In this document: positions 57,437-64,000 of the stretch, piece after piece
Position numbering within the stretch: the first letter of the stretch is position 1
How the letters are laid out: the number at the start of each line of letters is the position of its first letter
Assembly: GCA_964016885.1 (NCBI GenBank)
Contig: OZ024742.1
Span: 187,302,001-187,366,000 of the forward strand
Direction of reading: 5' to 3'
DNA length: 64,000 nt
Source of the DNA: Eledone cirrhosa
Taxonomy: Eukaryota
The notes under the pieces: model-generated
Databases searched by the model: none
What the model saw: only the letters and a program-made list of their open reading frames with translations
Told to the model about the DNA's origin: nothing
Made by a program: the position numbers and the translations under genes

Positions 57437-58594
57437 GGGATATATGATATGAAGCTTAAAAAACACTTGTGAATAGTGAAGTTTTAAATCAACATATGAA
57501 AAATAATTTAAGATTGATGTATTAGATTGAGAAAAAGTGAGGGGGGGGGTGGAAAAGGTAAGGAAGAGGAGGAGATGAGAGTAAAGAATGGTGGGGGAGG
57601 AGTATAAGAAGGAAGGATGAGAGAGGAGGATAGGTGGGTGATAGAGAGAGAGAGAGATAGCCTTTACCATTGAGAAAAAATATATTGTCTCACAGAGAGA
57701 AGTTAAAAAGCCGTTGGAAGATAATGGATAATTTAAAAGAATTTGAAATTAAAAGTTAATGAGGTTTATGCATGAAGAGAAAAAGGGATTAAGAATAATA
57801 TTAAATTAAGGTTTGTATATTGAAGGGTTTAATAATATGTGCGAGGAAAAGAAATTATTAATATGTATTATTAAAATAAAAATATTAATGCTATTAAGGA
57901 TATAATGTTAAAAGAAGTAGAAGAATGAATGAGTTATGAATTTAGAGGAATTAGTTAGTGTTTAAGTTTATTTTTATGTAATGTAATATGTGTGCGTAAC
58001 ATATGTACGTAAATAGTTTGTTTAAAAATGAACGCAGAAAGCAAAGAAGAAAACAATGTTTAAGGAAGGAAATACCTAACATCAAAAAATATATATGTTT
58101 ACGAAATATTTTCTAATGGTAATAATATAATATATTAAAAGAAATTAGTTAGGGTTTAAGTTTGTTTTTATGTATTGTAATATGTAAAAGTCAAACGAGC
58201 ATGTAAGGAAGAGAAAAGGAATTTAAGGAAGAACAATCTAACGTAAAAAAAAATGTTTATGTTTACGAAGGCCTATCCTATTAAAGGTAATACTATAATG
58301 TATAATAAAAATAATAGTAATTTTGTATGGCTAATGATATGAAGAAAGATGGAAAAATGGATAATGTTGTGGTGAGTAATAAGAATTGAGATGTAGTTAG
58401 TACAGATTAGAGGGTAGAAATTAAAAAGAAAAGAGGAAGAAAGGAAAGTGATTAGGAGGAATGATATAGACTGAGTAACTTGTATTATTAATATATAATA
58501 AATAATATTGAAATAAGGTAGAAAGATGGGTATATTTTAAAAAGATATATAAGCCTTTGAGAAAAAGGATTTTAAACTAGTAAGGTATTAGATA

Positions 58595-60512
58595 TTAGCT
58601 GTATACTTTATGGAATGTTCTGTGGAATTTAAGCAAGCATAGAGAAAATAAATCAGTGCGTCTATTTATTATAGAATTGAAATTAGATATAATGGTAAAT
58701 TTCTCAGATAAGCAAAGATTACATGTTCTGGATAGGGAGGCATTCAAGTAAGGAGAGGCAGAACAAACCTTTCTCCAAGAGATGTTATAGTTAATATGTT
58801 TGTCTTTCAATGACCATATGAGGTCTGAGAGTGCCGTGTTAGTTCTTTTAAGTTGGTATTTAAAAGACCAATTGTGATTATAAAAGATAGCTTTGAAGGA
58901 GGTGGATGTGGAACCGAAATAGGTAAAGGAATTGCTATCAGTTATAACCTTACATTCATAGACTAAGTTTTTATCAAGACAATGGTTATTGAGAGGACAT
59001 TTAGTCTAACAGGGCAATTACAATTGCGATTAGAGAAATTACCAGAGTTATTAACAAGTGACCTAGTGTTATTTATAGGAGGAATTGGATTGGAGAAGTT
59101 ATTTACGATAGGAATAATAGTTTCCTGATTTAGATTGGTATTATGAACATTCAACGATGTTACGTTTGACGTCGTATTTGAGTTTGCAGAATCTAGCCTA
59201 GAGTTAACAAGGACGTCGGGAGTACTACTGCTATTATTATGACACTCAGTGTTGGAAGGATGTGATTTAATATTTAATATGTTATTGTTGTGTTTAGAGA
59301 TAATGTTAGAGATGTTGGAGGAGGTGGAATAGGAACATTTTATTGTATCTTTGTTAAAGATTTTACTATAGATATGTGAGGGAGGGAAGCATTTATCTAA
59401 GACCCTAAATACTAGTTTAGGAATATTATTATTAATACAAATAGAGAAAGGAGCATTATACCAGATTATATTTTTGTATCTAGGTCTTTTATTTAAGTTA
59501 TTGAAATGATCATAATTAATTATTTTACTGTAAGACCTTCTAGGATTGGTTTCTTTACTGTATTTAATTTTATCAGGATAACCGGCTTTAGAAAGTGCAT
59601 TATTATAGTAATTGGCGTTAGCATCAAATACATTTTTATTCGAGGATAGGTTTGATATTCTTTTTCCAATATTACTGACTATATGTTTATAATGTTATGT
59701 TTTTAATGTTAGTGGGGTGGTTAGATTAAAAATTAACATAATTTAGATTTTCATTGTTTTTATGGTAAGGGTCAAGGGGTAGGCCAGCGTCAAGATTAAG
59801 GGATATATCCAAGAAGTTAGCTAGTTTGACGTTGTTATCAAATTCGATTTTAAGTTTATGTTGCTTAAAGAGATCACTTAATAATATTAAGGTTAAATAA
59901 ATTGCAATTTAAGATAGTGAAAAGTCCATCGTCACGATAAATTCCACCGCGAAGTTGAGGAATTTTCCGATTTAAAGAATTCAAAATAAAAATACCAATC
60001 AAATCAGTCATTTGCGATGAATCGGAAGCACCCATTATGATATCAAAGTTGTTGGATGTATCGGCTCTAGTCCAGTATTCATTGTTGAATTCTAGGATGG
60101 TTTTTCATGCGGTGAGAATGATGTGAAGTTTATCAGTGGTGATGTCAGAATATTTAAATGCGAAAGATAGAGCGTTGTTGAGCAGTGAAGGCGAAATAGA
60201 AGAATAGTAGCTGGCAATATCAAATTGAATACATTTTTGTTTGTTTTTCTTATTCAGGTTGTTGAACCAGCCAATGACATCAGATATACCAAACCATAAA
60301 TTTAAGTTAGAAATAGAGCAATTAGAACGAACCTGTGGGATAATTCTATCCAATATGGCTTTATTAAAAAACCCCAGATCTGATTTAGAGGGGGCGATTA
60401 GTCTAACAGGTAGTTCCGTTCGAAAATTACTTTTATGATCCTTGAGATTTATCCTCGGAGTTCTTGGGAGGAATGGTCCGGTCTTTTTTACAATGCCAAG
60501 TTTTGACATAAT
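58595..60512 (-). pseudogene. PLE RT + GIY-YIG polyprotein remnant with stops and frameshifts
   Basis: NLKDHKSNF..VRLIAPSKSDLG, QFDIASYYSSIS, NFDIIMGASDSSQMTDLIG, GIYRDDGL, IIWYNAPFS..LDKCFPPSHIYSKIFNK, NCNC, LVY..YFG, CNLCLSEK. Confidence 0.9.
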
Positions 60513-60603
60513 CTCATAATTTATACTCCAGTCCTACAAACTGTAGAGTGCTACGTATTCGATATTTGCATTGCTTTATTGTGCTACAACAAAACTCACC
60601 TCC

Positions 60604-60700
<97 letters not shown>

Positions 60701-61253
60701 TGTATATAGAGGCGAAAACTCAAATGGTATGTTTTCAATTACCCGTCGCAATTTAAAATATACCCTTTGTGTTTTCTTCTATATATACTGTATTATGTGA
60801 AATCCAGTATTTATGCCTTGAGCTCATTAAATTATAGGGGATTAACGCGAGTTTTTAACTTCGTTTTTTTCATTTATATATATATATATATACAATAAAC
60901 AGATGGAGTATACATAAAACCACTTCTCATATTTATAATCTTGACACTGCCTGTTATACGTTATGGATAATGCCTTACGGGCCCCACATCGTGGAGTGCT
61001 TACATCCCGTTTACACTACGTTTGGTCGATTGATTTATCAACCAACGTTCTCTGGATTTACTTTGGAGTTTAGCCAGTGTATCACAGGTTCATCAGATAA
61101 AAACTCTCTTCTCTAATGACCCTGGGATAAACATGCGAAACTCCAGATTAATATGACTCACTATTCAGCCTGATAAGCATGAATATTAAAACTCTACCCC
61201 GGTATTGGTTACTCCTTCTCTAAGCCGCCAACCACATACAGATAAACAAACAG

Positions 61254-61364
<111 letters not shown>

Positions 61365-61413
61365 CATATAAATATGTATATATGTATGTATATATCTATA
61401 TATATATACATAT

Positions 61414-61450
<37 letters not shown>

Positions 61451-61469
61451 GTATATATCAAAGCTATAT

Positions 61470-62022
61470 ATTGAGTTAGAAACTCAAAATAGTCTCTTAC
61501 AATAAAATACCTCTAGGAAAGAGAATTTTCCGAGCAGTATATTATAATTGAATATAAAAGAAAGATAAACACAGATATATACTTATATGTGTTCAAATTG
61601 TAAGGGACCAGATTTGCTATTTAAGAGACCAGATTAGCTGCCATCTTTAGTGCTGTGCGTTTGTGAGACACGCTAAGTTCCGATACCATGTGCGTTATTA
61701 TATCTACGCACACTATTCAGTTTTTTAGTATACTTAGAAGTGAGCAGGATACTAATTCTTCACCCACTGACGAGCAAGAATCGGTATTCATCTTCAAAAT
61801 TAATTTGCGAAACACCATAGCCAAACGCTGTCTGGGTGATTGGTAGTTACCACAATTCCGGTTTGTATTTATTTTCTTGATTTATTCTTAAATTGAGTCT
61901 GGCAAACCCTATTGTCCATAGTTAGCATTTTTTTCACCTTAGCGAATCTGGTCCCTTACGATTTGAACACATATATCTATATTTCCGTGTTTATCTTTCT
62001 TTTATATTCAATTATAATATTT
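61470..62022. mobile_element. Fold-back with hammerhead, arms ~61540-61620 and ~61940-62022; same family as 29604-30235
   Basis: ATATTATAATTGAATATAAAAGAAAGATAAACAC..GTAAGGGACCAGATT is inverted; interior is homologous to the reverse complement of 29660-29935. Confidence 0.85.
61760..61839 (+). ncRNA. Type I hammerhead ribozyme motif
   Basis: TCACCCA-CTGACGA-GCAAG...TTTGC-GAAA-CA...TG-TC-TGGGTGA: perfect 7-bp stem I, canonical core, GUC site. Confidence 0.85.
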
Positions 62023-62426
62023 ATATATATATTAATTTAAATATATTCATATATTTATATATATATATATATATATTCATTTATATTTGTATATATATAC
62101 ACACACACACACACACACATATATTTGAAATACTCGACCCAATGCAAATTATTGTGAAAATATTTGATCACTATAAATAATAGTTGAAAGTATTGCTTAA
62201 CGTTGCTCTAGAGATGGAAAAAGAAATTATATAGTTGATGCACTTTTATTGTGGTCACTTCGTTGGGGCACAGTTATTTTTGAAATTTCAATTTTTCCCA
62301 GTAACCCAACACTCTGTTTAAACATACACACACATACACACATACATATAAGCACGCGCACATGCACACCACACACATGGAACATATTTTTTATATATCA
62401 ACCTGTACCTTGTAAGTGATCATTAG

Positions 62427-62482
<56 letters not shown>

Positions 62483-62522
62483 CATTACATACATATATAT
62501 ACGTATACACCCACGCACACAC

Positions 62523-62578
<56 letters not shown>

Positions 62579-63127
62579 CACACAAATATTCAAACACATA
62601 CATACGCTGCACATCCCAATGTACAGAATTATCACACATTGTGTCATGCAGATTCCGCCCTAGAATTACATTAAAGGTACACGTGTCTATGGAATATCTC
62701 CACCACTCACACTACATATTTAAATCACTACGAAGATCAGTTGATTGGAATAACTAGAATATACCCATCCTCGAAGCCGACGGACACTCATTTCCTTACC
62801 CTTTTTTTTTCTTTTTTACTTATTAACTGGATATCCTACATTCAAATAAAGTTAAGGATTTTTATGCAATTGTTAGCAGACAGATAATATGTTATATTTA
62901 AAGTATTTATCGATATCACTGGAGAGGTAAAGTCAGTTTCAAATTTAGTGGCCTATCAGGTGGAAGCTTAACCCAGAATACCTGCTGTTATCCGTGTGAG
63001 AGTACAGTCAGCCCTTTGGACAGGATTTAACGCACAGCTAAGCACGTCATAATTCTTTGATAACGATAGCATTAATACAGCGTGAGTCACAATATATGCC
63101 TTCACGAATGTCATATAAGTGTAATGG

Positions 63128-63336
63128 TGTCTGATTTGGGCACAAGGCCAACAATATTCCGGAAAGAGAGGAGAAAATGGATTAATTCCACCCCAGTGTG
63201 TTACAGGTACTTTATTTTATCCACCCCGTAGGATAAATTCGGTGGGATTTGAACTCAGAATGAATATAAAGGGCCGTATATCTATACCGCAAAATATGAT
63301 TTCGGACGTTGTACTGATACTGCTAATCCATCGCGC
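63128..63336 (-). mobile_element. SINE family A (older copy)
   Basis: GGGCACAAGGCC..GGTACTTTATTTTATC..GATTTGAACTCAGAA..GATACTGCTAATCCATCG. Confidence 0.78.
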
Positions 63337-63588
63337 TATGTTTATGTATATTAAATATACATCTAGGCTCACTGTGAGGATTTAAGCTGCGAACATGTAA
63401 GAGCTTCTTCAGCAGGCTGGATAGACACAACGAGTAAATTTCAATGTATTTATGTCTCTTTAGGCCCACTTGCCTAAGCTACGTGTTGATGCATTTGTAA
63501 GGTACTGTGTTCGTATGTATATATGTATGTATATATATACATATATATATGTATGTGTGTGTGTGTTATATAAGTGTGTTATATATAA

Positions 63589-63682
<94 letters not shown>

Positions 63683-64000
63683 TTAGGTTTTTTGGTTCAC
63701 CACTGGATAGAACTTGTCATTCCGTATGGTCAATTCTGGTGTAATATTGCATTAACATTTATTTATTTATATATACTGACGACGGAATGATTCTCTATGT
63801 TTTCTTCGGAAAATATATTTATTCCATTCCAGAAACTAATTAGTTGGAAGTGATATTTTAGTAAGTAAGTTAATTTTATAATTTTCTTATTTTACGTCTC
63901 TCATATTATTGTTCTGCAACCCCATGCATTGAACCACAAAGTTACTGAGACAAAACCTATATATTTGCTAGCATTGATATGCATCTGTATGTATATATAT

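Larger units (their letters stand above)
57335..60515 (-). mobile_element. Decayed Penelope-like element (Naiad-like motif set) with a 1.2-kb 3' region
   Basis: RT and endonuclease remnants at 58595-60512; hammerhead at 57366-57436 near the 3' end. Confidence 0.9.

Noticed and set aside
61030-61105. Minus-strand CTGATGA hammerhead candidate
   Set aside because: No GAAA next to a closing stem II and no NUH followed by stem I.

Overview
AT-rich, microsatellite-saturated animal genomic DNA, most likely octopus (inferred from recognisable octopus-type tRNA-derived SINEs; not confirmed by search). No clearly intact host gene. Contents: (i) a 9.3-kb ACA-based 42-bp satellite with higher-order duplications that reads as a Thr/Ile/Pro/Ser mucin-like ORF; (ii) four decayed Penelope-like retroelements (PLEs; RT and/or GIY-YIG endonuclease) at about 25.6-27.9, 36.9-41.1, 53.5-56.0 and 57.3-60.5 kb; (iii) more than 20 SINE copies and three RTE-type LINE 3' ends. 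The most striking signal is (iv): about a dozen unrelated fold-back (inverted-repeat) insertions sitting in (TA)n tracts. Most carry a type I hammerhead ribozyme motif, and in every case I could orient the arms lie head-to-head with 3' tails pointing outward into the TA repeat. At least nine different hammerhead sequence families are visible, including minimal palindromic-stem-III forms, a long-stem-II form and a U3-A8 core covariant. One family is directly linked to the 3' end of the PLE at 57-60 kb. Almost all short ORFs in the supplied track are microsatellite artefacts. All folds and alignments were done by eye and coordinates may be off by a few bases.
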